From assembly GCA_017499595.2 (NCBI GenBank), contig CM039005.1:806001-870000 (forward strand): a stretch of DNA of 64,000 bases, written 5' to 3'. A program made the position numbers and the translations under genes. Below are positions 34,201 to 49,112 of the stretch, one piece after another; the first letter of the stretch is position 1, and every line of letters begins with the position of its first letter. The notes under the pieces are model-generated. The model saw only the letters and a list, made by a program, of their open reading frames with translations. It ran no database searches and was not told the origin of the DNA. This DNA is from Psilocybe cubensis. Its lineage: Eukaryota.

Positions 34201-36919
34201 TTGACGGATGATGCGGGGCGCACGCCGGTTGGGAGGAGGCCTGTCAGCACACCATGGGGTGGTTCGAAGGCCGGCGCGGGTGGTGATTATTTCCAACAGC
34301 AGCGCGAAAAGGAGCGAGATCGGGGGAGGGAGAGGGAGGAAGAGATGGGTTCTGGAGCGGCATCATCCTCTTCCCCTGTGCGGACACCTCGTGCAGACGA
34401 GTATCATCGTCATACGATGAATCTGCCTACTCCAGTACCTGTGCAGCGTACACCGTCGTTTGTGCGTGGGCAGCAGATAGTGTCGCCGCCGCCTTTGGTG
34501 AATAGATCGATATCTGCTGCCAATCGCTTGAGTATCAATTTCAATGGAGGAGGGCTAGGAGGAGTGTCGCAGCATCCAGGGATCTACAAGCAGGCGTCGA
34601 GGAGTTTAATTGACGTGCATGCTGTAGAGAAGAAGGAAAGGATCGAGCAGATGGTGCGGGAGGATGAGGAGGCGCAGGAGGTGGACAGAAGGAGGAAGGT
34701 GAAGGAATATAGGATGAGTCTGCGGGCGTCTGCTACTGCTGCGGCTGCCGCTATTTCCGGGAATGGGACTATTGCTGAGGAGAATGGGACGGAGAAACGA
34801 GGGCATAAAAATAGGACGACGATGGAAATAGACGCAAGAGGTGATGTGTTGGCTGCTGGAATAAATGCTGGCAGCACTGGTGCAGCATCTACTTCTGCCA
34901 ATGATACCGACCCGGCTAATAGGTTGCTGCCACCGCGTTCGGCCGATATTGTTACGAGAGAAGGAGACGAGGTATCTTTTAGTGGGGAAGGCTGCTCCGC
35001 TTCCGGCACGATAGGACGGACAGGTGCAGGAGGAGGAGAAGCAACAGCATCAGACCGCAATGGTGACGATGCAGGTTTAGCTGCTACTGCCACTACTGCG
35101 ACTGCTACTGCTGGTGCCAGCAAGAGGATCAGCATGGCTCCTGCCTACGACGCGCTCTCATACCCGCTCCGGCGGCGGCGCTCGATGCCGACGTTCAACG
35201 CCACGACGACCGCGCCTCCGCCTTACCCGGAATTTGCGCCGCATCCGCAATCTGTAAGCTGGATGAGCGTGCAGATCCAGCCGCGCGAGGACGAAGGGCG
35301 GGAGGAGCTGCCGCCGTACTCGAACTCGATCAAGCTGGCCGCGATCATGCCGCGCAAGATGGAGTTCTCGAAGCCGGGTATTCAGGCCAAGGACAGAAAA
35401 TGGCGTAGAGTGTTGTGTGTGCTCGAGGGCACGATGTTCAAGGTGTATAAGGCGCCTGCTGGTGCGTCGGGTGCTGGGGTGCTGGGAGAGTGGTGGGAGA
35501 GCAAGGTCGGGGTGGGGGATGTGGCTACTACGGCGCCTTTGACTACGACGACTTTTGTGAGTGGTAGTGGATCTGGGCATTCGCGTCGGCCGTCGGCCTC
35601 GACGTTGGCGATTGCGGGCATACCGGGGGTGAATCCGGGAGATTATGCGACAGGGAGGGGCGAGGAGGGTGTAAGGAATGCGATTGCTGCTGTTGAGGAG
35701 GCGGAGAGGGCGGAGGAGATGGAGCGGGAGAGGGGCCTGATGAGGGCGAGGAAAAGTGGAGAAGTTGAGCCACGGCAGGAACAATCTCAGCAGCAGGTGT
35801 CACCGATTGAGAGTGGGAGTGCTGGAAACTCGTCTGGGCAGCTGCATCCTCCTGCGTTGCATGTTCAAGGCCATCATAATCTACAACACGACCAACCCAG
35901 CAGCAGCAGCAGTTCATACAGCGAAAACCACTCAGGAGGCGGTGGATTGTTACCTGCTACACGATCTGCATTGAATTTGGCAGTTCAGCTACTCAAACCA
36001 GGTTCATCGCGCCATGGAAGGTCTAGCAGTGATGTGGGCCAAAATCATAGTCCAGTTCGAGCTCATTCGCCTAGGTCGTCATTGAACATCCCGAGAAGTG
36101 GGAGGACGACTCCAACGTCGTCATTACCTTCCAGATCACCTACGCCATCGCCTTCTGTAAACAATTACTCGAGGCCATCGACACCTGCTACGTCAGTCTC
36201 GACTTCGCATTCCCACTCGAATTCGCACTCGGCGTCGTCCGAAAGATCAGGGTTCCGCGTAGGCGCTGGGTCGATGGCGAGTGGTTCTAGCTCTGGTCGA
36301 GCTAGCACCTCGCGGCAGGCGGCGCGCCCCAATGTGTCTATTGTTTCGCGAGAAAAGGAAAAGGAGAAGGAAAAGGAGCGGATGCTCAAACCTGACGAAG
36401 CGGATTTGATTAGGGTGTATACCATGCAAAACGCGGAGAGCGGACTGGGTAGCGATTATTTAAAGAGGAAACACGTCATTCGTGTGCGGTTGGAGGGCGA
36501 GCAGTTTTTGCTGCAGGCGCAAGATGTGGATAGCGTTATAGCGTGGATTGAGGTGTGTGTTTTTTCACATTGTATCGAAGTCAAATTTGATTGATGTTGG
36601 ATTTGCGGCATTCAGGGACTGCAATCTGCGACCAACATTGCTTTGGATCTAGACGAGAGGCCTATGCCTCGTGGACCCATCTTTCCAAGGTGTGTAGACG
36701 GTTTCTGGGTCACTCTGACTATTTATGACTTTATTGACGTGTTCATTCCTCTCGCGGGATTGCAGACGGAGGAGACGCCGACGAGTTCAGCCTCCACCTA
36801 TTAATACCGACACGGCGAATATGCCAGCTGCGAATCCGTCTCCTACTGGACAAACCCCGGTGACTGCCAGCCATCTCGCAGCCCCTCTAACGCGGTCTGC
36901 CGGACGACGTCTGCGATGA
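31256..36919 (+). CDS. Large low-complexity protein with split PH domain (YHR131C-like family)
   Basis: Exons 31256-31327, 31423-36552, 36616-36689 and 36766-36919 are in frame; [24 protein letters not shown] and [47 protein letters not shown]. Confidence 0.85.
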
Positions 36920-37472
36920 AACTTACTCGGCTAAAAGGAACGCGGTGTGGAAGTGGGTGTGAAACATTTTTTACTAAGTTTCTGACTGGGAGTATGTACG
37001 AACAAGGCTGTATAACTGTATGAATATGTACTATACACGCACCTACACACCAAGTACACGGACATTTTTACCTGGCTGGTGTGGGATGATAAGAATGGTG
37101 AAAGAGGAGTGGATTTATTTTCATATTCCCACGGGTGAATCCGAAGTAATCCGGTTTTGTCATGTTGAAGCCCGCTGTTATCTGCACCGCCCACCATCGA
37201 TATTCATTCATCCCCACCCACCCCACCGAGCACACAACCCACAGCGTCCTCCTCATCCTTCTCGGCGACGCTCTCTCCAAAAGTCCTTTTTTCTCCAGCA
37301 CGGTCCTCGTCTTTGGCCTCTCGTCGCCAGCCAACTCCCCCGCACTCTTTTTTTCACCCTTCGTCTGCCTTGGTCAGCGGCTCTTTGGCGTCACCTCTTC
37401 TTGGTCCTATACAGTCCAATATCGTAGCTTGACACTCAGCAGTCTTTGCGGTCATTAGAAAGGAAGATGAAC

Positions 37473-39420
<1,948 letters not shown>

Positions 39421-39858
39421 ACATGATTAAGGAAAAGGGATTATTCGGATTTTATTTTGGGTTGATGATGAAAGGACGTCAAGGGGGGGAAGGACAAGAA
39501 CACAAGAACAACATCTACCATTCCTTCCGTCTCTTTTATGATCTTCATCTTTTTTCACCTCTCCGTTTTTCTTTATTTCTTCTGCCTGTCCCATCTTCTG
39601 TCGTCCTCTTTTTTTCTTTTCTTTTTCCTCTGTCATTTTGATTTGCCTTTTTTTTTTTGATTGCGTCCTCGTCTTGACTGTATATTTTATCACATTTTTT
39701 TCGCATATTCCTTTCCCCCCCTCTCGTTCGCTCGCTCGCTTAGCTCCGCTCGTTCTCGGGTTTACTCGTTTTATGTCCTGTCCGTGGCGCGACTCGCGTC
39801 GCGTCCGTCGTCACCAGTCTAATATAAGTAGTCTAGTCCTCTAAACCTAACTAAAGGT

Positions 39859-39877
39859 CGTGGGAATGAGTCACGTG
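39859..39877 (+). promoter_or_regulatory. Conserved upstream element CGTGGGAATGAGTCACGTG of FunK1 copy 3
   Basis: Overlapping CGTGGGAA, ATGAGTCA and CACGTG; shared with the copy 1 upstream region. Confidence 0.5.
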
Positions 39878-39929
39878 TATATGTTAGGGGGGTGGGGGGA
39901 AGTGTGCGGCGCGGTGAACTTGCTTTGAG

Positions 39930-42822
39930 ATGACATCTACCAACAGCAAGATAAAGAGTGATGTTAATAGACAGGCGGCGAATGTCGAATACAAGTACGT
40001 CGTTATTTTCATCTATCAATTTCATGCGTATTTAAATAAATGAAAAGGCTGGAGCATATCAGGAAGGACCTTGAGACGGAGAATTCAACCAAGTGCAGCT
40101 TCGATGCTATTCTGAAGTACTTTCTTTCCCTTGTTCTTAGAGACGATGACCCAAAGAAGAGGCGCTTGGATATCATTCAAAAAGAGATTGAAGTGCTTCA
40201 GTTGAAACGCTATGGGGAGGGAAATGGAGACACCACGATCAGAGAAGCTGCAGTTGCTCAGGCCGACGAGTGTTTGAAGGCAGCAGGGAGTACACCATTT
40301 GAGCATATCGATGATAAGGATGACGACACTCGGTTTGGGTCACAGAAGGAGCAAGAACTGATCCAAGAAAGGGATAACATACTGGATATGCTCTTACACG
40401 AGGCTCTCGAATCAGTGCTGCCCGTTGCCAACAGTGGGGATGTCATTAAAACGTTGGAGAATTTGTGAGTTTTATATTCGGTTAAACTACTATACAAATT
40501 ATGATGTTCTGTTTCAGCGGGACCGCATTTGCCAAAGGTAAAGCGGAATCGTCCCGCTACGGGGAATTCGTTCGTCTATGCAACAACGCTCTCCGACGCC
40601 TAGCTTATGTAGATTCAAAGCGTCAGTTTCGAGAAAAAGATCGCCTCAACATTCGCTTTCATCGCAATGATCCCAGCCATATCACGACCCACTCCAAAGA
40701 TATGCAGGATATTCACTGTAAGCCGGATGTTGTCATCACGCCTCTCATTGCTGCTCTACGTGCGGCCTCGCGGGGTCTAGAAGTCGATGTGAACTTTGAC
40801 AAACCGCCCCGGAAGAGTTTCGAATGGGTTGATATCCTCTCGTGCCAGGACTTTAAATTAGTCAATGAGGGTATCCCTGCAGAAGGCAAGTCCGTGACAA
40901 CCAGACAGTTTGAAATCGCAATTTCTTCACAAGCGTTGCAGCACGTACTTTCTTCGAAACTACACCTCCTCTGCCCATTGTTACAGAAGGATCTATCTCA
41001 AAACGCGCATCGGATGATGTATTTCTAGCGGAAAACCCTTTGCCGTCGAAGAAACTATGGGAATCGAATTCAGAGACGCCCACAAGTTCAGCATCCACAT
41101 TTACAAGTTCGGCCATAGTCAATAATTCGAAAAGAAAGGCAACCAAGGTTGAAATGAAAAAACAGCAGATAATTAACGGGCGTGTGCAGTGTGCATCTTA
41201 CGCGCTCGAAATGATGTCTTATAGCGCCGGGGTTCACCATGCCATTAATTTACTCTTCACTGGTATGTTCTTTCTTTCGTCTTATAACAAGATTTGCATG
41301 CTCATCAGAACAGATGGCCATGTGTGGATTTGGTATCATGATCGTCAGGGTGTCGTTCAGTCTGACGGCCTCAGCATCTTTGCAGACTTTGCTCGCTTCC
41401 TTGTTCTCCTTTTTGCTTTCCAGCGTTTCCGCGCGGCAGACTGGGGGATTATTCGTTGCCTCAATCCCCAATTTATAGATAGGGTTGAAAACGAGCCAGT
41501 GTCGAGAAATACGCAAGGTCAGTAAGCCAACTCATCACGGAAAGAAGGATTCTCGTTCAACTGTTAGAACCAGTGCCAGAACCCGGGATCAAATTCAATT
41601 TGAAACGAGATCTGCGGAACCTCTGCGTTCCAGAAGATCAGGGCAGAAAACTTGCAACGGTTACAATTAACGTGAATAATTTTTTATCACACCCACCACA
41701 CAGCTTGAGCGGCAACACCACAGCAGTTGTTTTGTCCCAGGGCTTTGATGAAGGCGGTGCATTGGTACCTGTACCAATGGTCTGTAAGATATATCACCCC
41801 GAGGTTGAACGACGACACGAAGGAGCAACCATCCAGGTCGTCCGCAAGATCGCCGCAGACAAGGACAAGACCATGCTCAAACACCTGCCCTCCGTACTGT
41901 TCTACGGAGATGTGTCGGGATGCACCACTCATCGTATTCGGAGCATGATTAAACGGCGATGGAAGGGCCACCGCACTCTCCGGATATTGGGTCTCAGAAA
42001 GCTGGAGGAGATCACGACCGTCGACGGTGCAGATTTTATCAAGGCTTGGCTTGAAACCGTCATATGTAAGCCATGACTGTTTCTTCTTGCCGATGTAGAT
42101 TTTTGACGTGCGATGTCTGTTTAGGTCACGCATTTCTTTGGAAAAACTACGTTGAACATGGGGATCCCAGTCTAAGCAATATCATGTACGACCCGGTTGA
42201 CAAATGCGGGGTTCTGAGCGACTTTGATCTTTCTCTGTTGCAATGGGAACCTCGTGTCATTGGGACGGACAGAACCGGCACTGTCCCATTCATGGCTATC
42301 GAACTCCTGAGCAAGAAGTACTGGGAAGGGAAAATCCAAAGATTTTATCACCATGAATTGGAATCATTCATTTGGATTCTCGCCTATGTGTGTCTTCTTT
42401 ATGACAGAGGGATTCGCAAAAAGAATGAATCAGTCGATTCTTGGCGAACGTCGGATTACAAAATTTGTTCAAAAGAAAAGCGGCATTTCTACGGCAATTT
42501 AGATGAAGAACTTGCAAATCAGGTTCAGGCAAACTATAAGACATACTGGCCCATGGCTGAAGATCTCCTTCTCAATCTACATATTTACCATGCGGAACAT
42601 CAACTTCAGATGTTTACATCGGCCAACAACGAACCTCGTCTGGCTTCCGACAATCTTTGGGGAAGATTCAACTCTGTATTGAGCTCAACCCTCCCGCCTA
42701 ACAGTATTCCTGACCAGGACGTTCTTTTGGGACGACTCAAAGCCCAGAAGCCATCCTTTGAACCTTCTGACGAAAATGCGCGACAGAAGCTTTGGGCCAA
42801 ATATTCCACCGTTAATGATTAA
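39930..42822 (+). CDS. FunK1 protein kinase, copy 3
   Basis: ATG 39930 (MTSTNSKIKS.., homologous to copy 1 exon 1). ORF pieces 40040-40468, 40501-41028, 41040-41525, 41573-42076 and 42073-42822; GC-AG intron 40886-40941; same kinase motifs as copy 1. Confidence 0.88.
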
Positions 42823-43414
42823 CAATGGTGTATAGTGCCGCTTGGTCGTCGCCTCCATTTTCGCATCCTGCGTACCAGTTCCTAGTTGATCTTGTCCCAC
42901 ACTACAGTACGACAAGTTCAAGAGAGGAACACATTTCCTGAATACACACTTTCTTGTTAGCTGCTAATTGTTTGTTGACATTGGAATATTTATTCTACGA
43001 GCTAACATACGTTATTAGGCTGGCCACTGGACATAGTAAATTGGGGATGCACTGAAAAGCATAGGAGTATGCGAATGTCTCTGTCAACTGTCTCACTGTC
43101 TGCGCTCCTATGCAAGCTTTGGTCCTTTTACTTCTTCCACGAATGTCATCAGAAACAAAGTCTAACGGACTCGTAGTGCGGTCCAATGCACCTACTACGT
43201 AGCTTGTATTGTATGCTTTCATGACCTGTTTCGTTGCATTAACAATGCTTTTCACGAAACTTCCGAAGGCTAGACTATAAGGGCCGCAGCGCCTATTGAT
43301 GACGTAGAACTGAAATCTTTGGTGCAATTAAAGAGACGTACTACTGTTGTTCCCTTCTTCGACTCTCTTTCCGGCACCATTTTCTCTCGATAAACGTAGT
43401 CGTGATTTTTTACA

Positions 43415-44916
43415 ATGACCGAGGCCTTCATGCAGCCACCTCCCCCTCCAAAGACCAAACTGGGTCGTTATCGGCTTCTGTCTCCAAACGCTGGCGTACA
43501 TGTCTCACCAATTCAGCTTGGGGCAGGAAGTATTGGCGACAAGTGGGAGAAATTTGGCTTGGGGAGTATGGACAAAGCCCGGAGCTTTGAGCTTCTGGAT
43601 GCATACTACGACAGCGGCGGAAACTTCATTGATACTGCGAATCATTAGTGAGTAATACGTTTTGTCTGACTGTTTTTTTTCTGACCTGAGATCACCTACG
43701 TAGTCAAGATGAAACTTCGGAAATGTTTATCGGAGAGTGGGCACAGAAGCGAGGAATCAGGGACCAGCTGTTCATTGCGACCAAGGTTGGTTAACCATTT
43801 ATACCATTACAATTGGACAATAACACTTCTATTATGATCAGTACACCACTAATCTGAAAGCAAATAACAATTCTGTCGCACAGCAAATAATGTATACGGG
43901 CAACAATACAAAATCACTGCACATATCAGTTACAGCCTCTCTAACGAAATTGCGAACAAACTACATCGATCTCTTATATGTTCATTGGTGGGACTGGGAT
44001 ACGAGTATCGAAGAAATAATGCAGTCATTGCATAACCTTGTGTTGCAGGGTAAGGTCCTGTACCTTGTAAGCGCAACCACTCCTCAAAGATATATGCGTT
44101 GAAGTATCTTGTGTTCTGTAGGGAGCTTCAGATACACCTGCTTGGATCGTGTCAAAAGCCAATCAATATGCACGAGATCATGCATTAACGCCATTCGTTA
44201 TTTACCAAGGTGCATGGAATGTCATGGAACGCTCTTTCGAACGGGATATTATTCCAATGGCTAGAGCAGAAGGTAAGTAATCGCTCTATATTTCACGATT
44301 ATGGATTTATCGGTTATATTACAAGGCATGGCGTTAGCGCCTTGGAATGTTCTTGCGGGAGGAAGGATACGGAGTGACGAAGAGGAAGAACAGCGTCGGC
44401 AGACAGGCGAAAAAGGTCGCACGATATTAAATCCTAACTGGGAGCGTAACGACCAAGAAAAGAAAATGTGTCAGGCACTTTCCAAGGTTGCAGCAGAAGT
44501 GGGTGCAAAGAGCATCAACGCCGGTGCGTCTCTATGCTTCATAGCCATTTTGCTATTTGAAAGTGGCTGATTTCTCCCCCTCCGAAGTTGCAATTGCCTA
44601 TGTAATGCAAAAGACCACCTACGTCTTTCCTATCGTTGGTGGTCGTAAAGTCGAGCATCTCATGAGTAACATAGAGGCCCTTGACATAAGTTTGAGTAGC
44701 AAACAGATGCAATACTTGGAAAGCATTGTCCCGTTAGACCTAGGTTTCCCGTCTTGGTTTATCGTCAGTTATCTCTTTCTTTCAAACTTCGAGCTGCAAC
44801 CTACAAATGATTATATCTAGGGCGACGGCACCAAGATAGGCGACTTCATGAACGTTGCAGGAAACATCGAGATGCGTCCCATGCCACAGCCACTCCATCC
44901 TGCAGTGAAGTCCTAA
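43415..44916 (+). CDS. Aryl-alcohol dehydrogenase-like aldo/keto reductase
   Basis: [68 protein letters not shown]; multi-exon, stop at 44914-44916. Confidence 0.93.
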
Positions 44917-45313
44917 TGACGGGGAGAGATCCTGATTTCTCAAACCTCAAATTCAAAGAACCAAGAAACCTGCTTTGGAAGATGATATATTGTAAAAAAA
45001 CATAGGTTTGCGACGACAAAACATATTGAAAGCATAATGGTGAAGAAAACATGTGGCATAACTTTTGACGGAACAATAAGTAATTAATCCAAATTATGAT
45101 AGAGAATTAGTTGTAAAATGCTAGGGATTGCGTAGATCATAAGAAGCATGAGACGATGTGAAAGTGGTTTAGCGCTACAAAACAAATAACAGGTCAGTAC
45201 AGCTTAACAATACATAATAACGAAGGTGGTGTGAAAGAGAACGTGAGGCATTAGTGGGCATCATCGTTGGAGATGATTGTCGTGATAGTGAACGTTTGTA
45301 TCAAGCAAGGTGG

Positions 45314-46426
45314 TCAATCAAGGCGAGACTGCCTCCTGTTGTCGGCCGAGCCAGTGGCTTTATTAAAGCCAGAGATTTTTTTGCCACTGATCGGGGCGCG
45401 ATGTTTTGCAGCTCGGCCCCGTGTTGCATGAACTGCAGCGGACGGTCCTCCAAGCATGACACCGCCCGTGAGGACAGTGCTTTGTCCCCCTCGATAGAGG
45501 TATTTCGTCACCTCTTTCTTCTGCTTGTCGACGAAAACCTCAACCTCGCCCCGCTTGAGAGGACCTAAGGCCACAGCGCCTCCATCATCGCCTTCGACCA
45601 CTTTAGGAGAGACATTCAAGCTATTGAAAGATTGAAAGGAAGAGTCAGACGAGAACGATTCCTCATTCTTGTGGGTAAGAAAGAACCTGGAGGACCTAGA
45701 CGACCCTGAGCTCGACCTGGTGCCCGGGGGAGACACAATATCCGGCAAAGAAGATTCAACTTGCATAACTTGATCCGGGACGATGAGGGTCGGCTGCGGG
45801 ATAATGAACTTATCACTGGCTGGAGATGGTGAGGCGGCTGTAAAAGTAGAAATCAAGCCTAAGATTTCATTTGCTTCATTCTCCGCCTCCTGCTTGGTTT
45901 GTAACAGTTCACGCGAAATCGGTGCATGCGAGGTAGCAACAAATGGCTGCGAGATCGTCTGTCGAGTAGGCCTAGCTGTTGAGTGTCGGACAAGTCTGCC
46001 ACTGGGAAGGTGCATCTCGTCGCAAAAGGGGTCAAAAGACGTAAAAGTTACCCGAGGCGAATCCAATCCTTTTGACCACAAAACTTTTACCTCAGTTTTT
46101 TCTCCGTGACGAATTAAAAAGACTGAGAGAGGTTCAAGAATGAGATCGAAAGGCTGGTTGCCTAGTATCTTGATCCAGTCAGGCCAGTGAACGTTTTCGT
46201 AGAGACATACATCAAATATGGGGCTGGGGGGAAGTCTATGAGGAGAGAGGGTTATCGACAAGTTGGATTCCGAGTTGTTGACATAATAGCCAAGTCCAAG
46301 TTCCAGGGTCTTTTTCGCGCGTGACAGAGCAAGTGGGCTCAACACCGGGACCAGCGGTTTCGTTAAGAACCCTGTGGCAATTTGTATGCTGTTGGAGAAC
46401 AGAATATTGTTGAATCGGAAAGACAT
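45314..46426 (-). CDS. BTG/Tob (anti-proliferative)-like domain protein, Agaricomycete type
   Basis: Single ORF; FLTKPL..ITLSPHRLPP..WPDWIKILG..FDLILEP and C-terminal TVLTGGVMLG resemble this family (recall, not a search). Confidence 0.65.
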   Translation of the reverse strand: MSFRFNNILFSNSIQIATGFLTKPLVPVLSPLALSRAKKTLELGLGYYVNNSESNLSITLSPHRLPPSPIFDVCLYENVHWPDWIKILGNQPFDLILEPLSVFLIRHGEKTEVKVLWSKGLDSPRVTFTSFDPFCDEMHLPSGRLVRHSTARPTRQTISQPFVATSHAPISRELLQTKQEAENEANEILGLISTFTAASPSPASDKFIIPQPTLIVPDQVMQVESSLPDIVSPPGTRSSSGSSRSSRFFLTHKNEESFSSDSSFQSFNSLNVSPKVVEGDDGGAVALGPLKRGEVEVFVDKQKKEVTKYLYRGGQSTVLTGGVMLGGPSAAVHATRGRAAKHRAPISGKKISGFNKATGSADNRRQSRLD

Positions 46427-47578
46427 TTTGAAGACCGATAGCAAAGTAGCTCGTGACGGTTGCAAGATGAAGAAATTTATCGACCGGCGACAAGAGTGAA
46501 GGTCCTAGAAATCGAAAAGCGATAACGAACTGATGATCTGCGACAAGAAAATGTGGATAAGTTGATTTGAACAGTTCAATTTGACAGTTGACTGAACTCT
46601 GAATATGTCGTTATAAAGAAGGAATGTATATCCTTGACCCAATGAGAGGACGAAAGAGTAGAAGACACAAACAGTTACTCAAGTGCAAACCAGTTGACAG
46701 TTGGGGGACTGGAACAAGAAAGGGCGGGCGAATTCAAACATGCACTTAGGTTTATATAGTGTCACGCTTTGGTTAGCTGCAGTCCCATCATTGTCCTACA
46801 AAGCATTGTAAACCACTTGTGGCCACCGCCTGAACCACTGTGAACTGAATGTGGCATTATTTGCCCGTTTAAGCACTTTTCAAATTCTCCGGCAAATTCT
46901 CCGCACCACGTGTTTGTATCATGTGATCAGAAGATACGGTCACGCTTTGCTGAAACCAGTAGCACGCGTCCGCGCGTTTGCATCTCGCACTAGAAAATGA
47001 GCATTACAGAGGACCTGGGTGCTCATTACATTCAGAACACAGAGATTATTGCACGCACTAGTGTTATTCGTCTTTTAAATGTGACAAAGCCTATGATTTT
47101 GGCTCCCTTGAACCAGGGCGTAACCAAGTGTATTGGAGAGTGGAATGAGGCAATGCTGCTTTGATTGACGATGGGTTGCGCTCCCTGAATTCCGTCACAG
47201 AGACTAGAAAGATAACAAGTAGTATCAAAGAGATTGCATAAAATTATATCTTGAAAATAAAGTAAGCCAGTTCATCTGATAGTCAAGTAAATGCGAAATC
47301 ATCAAAGGAAATTGTTTCCAACCATACTTAGACTTTGACCACCTAGACATCGAAGAATGTAGACCAGAAAATTTCCAGAAACTATGATTGGGTAATGCTT
47401 CGGGTCAGTCTCGACCCGATATAGGTCAAAGCCAACCGCGGGCCATGGAAACGAATTGCACCATAACCAACGCTAACAAAGGACCTGTGGTGATGCTTTG
47501 ATTGAACTGATAGGTGTCATAACTCATACCTTCGATAAAAAGAGTACCTCTACCAATGCGTCAAAGACCAGTGTCCAT

Positions 47579-49112
47579 TTAAGAACTTGGGACCTTTCCA
47601 AAGACTGCCTCCGCGGACCCATTTTTGACACTTCGCAGGCCAGTCCAAAACTCAAACGCTTCACGATCTGCCTTGCCCTCAGGCCTGACCGTGGTCACTC
47701 CCAAGACTGTCTGATCTTTGCATCTGATCAGAATCATTTTGTTAGATTTCGAGTATACCGCATGTCCAGGGGTCGAAGACAACTGAGTGTCAGCCAATTG
47801 ACCAGCGTTAGGTACCACGATTTGGCGAAGCTTGAGAATCTTGTCGTCTGGAGTGAGTGTAAATATTTCTTTCTAAGTGAAGAAGATATTATACACGGCG
47901 AAAAATTAACTGAGAGAGTTTTGGCATACCTGATGGCTGATAGCCCGGAAACGCCAATAGATTTCCTCTGCGGTCATGTTGTGGAAATCAGCAAAAGCGT
48001 CCTTTGAGCTTATCAGTGGAGCAGGAGGTGCATTATCAGCACTTGCTTGTGGAGTAGCAACAGCCTGGTGTATGGTCAATGTATGCTATGGTGCGACAAA
48101 GAGATACTACTAACTTTATTTTGCATGGCGTCCTTCAAAACAGATACAAGTAACCGACCACCTGCAACAGCTAGGGCATCGCGCATCTGGCTAAAATTCG
48201 CGTCTTCAGGAATGTCCTTAATAGCAACTGTGAATATTACGAAAAGATTTTTTAAGGCACAATGTATTCACCATCGATTCACTTGCCCAGATATCCCCAG
48301 CGTCAATTCCTTGGGAACTCTTCAACATCTCGATGACGCATACACCTGTCTTTTTGTCACCGTTCATGATAGCATGTTGTATAGGAGCAGGTCCACGATA
48401 AGCAGGTAACAAGGAGGGATGAACATTGAGTCTGCGTGTAGGGTCGAAAGGCTTGAGCATGGTGTGTGGTAGAATCCGACCAAATGAAGCGGTGATGAGA
48501 AAGTAATCTAAAGGATGGGATTCTCCGTCCTTGGGTATATTAAACGGAGCAGGTACCTGAAACAATTGTTGTGTAACTTTTTAAGCATAGAGAATATACC
48601 CACCCCAACTTACTTGCCAGTTTTTGAACCCAAATTTGGTTTTAGGTATTATATGCACAGGCAAACGAAGTTCATGGCCAAGTTGTTTCAGAGAGGCTTA
48701 GGATAAGATAAGTCTTAATATCAATATAATTAAACTTGGAGACTCAAATTCTAAAGGAGTCTCCAGAGTTATGAAATAACCACTTACATACTGACAAAAC
48801 TGAACCATTTCGTCCAACGTGCGTGTCAGGCTGGGTTGCTATTACAATTTGCTTCCAGACATCTGCGACCAAAGGCATTTAATGTCAATGCTGGAAAAAT
48901 ATGGAGAAAGACGTGCCTCTGGCTTTGTGCAATTCTCTTAATACGAGACACGAAAATTCATCGCGTCCGAAGAAAAGGATACGGAATCGACGAAGATCAT
49001 TGGAAAATGGTTTTGCAGTGCCAGAACCACTGGCGTAGCTGCGAGAGAAGATAGCACGTGGGTTTAGGACGCAAGAAAGTTGTCGCCGTTGGCAAAGCGA
49101 GACCAATAACAT
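47579..49112 (-). CDS. FMT1: Mitochondrial methionyl-tRNA formyltransferase
   Basis: Arg-rich presequence, RILFFGRDEFS, LITASFGRILP, LNVHPSLLPAYRGPAPIQH, GIDAGDI; multi-exon, 3' end approximate. Confidence 0.9.

Noticed and set aside
31895-36429. Many antisense and alternate-frame ORFs over the PH gene (also over SEC2, HMG and EH genes)
   Set aside because: Shadow ORFs of GC-rich, low-complexity coding sequence.
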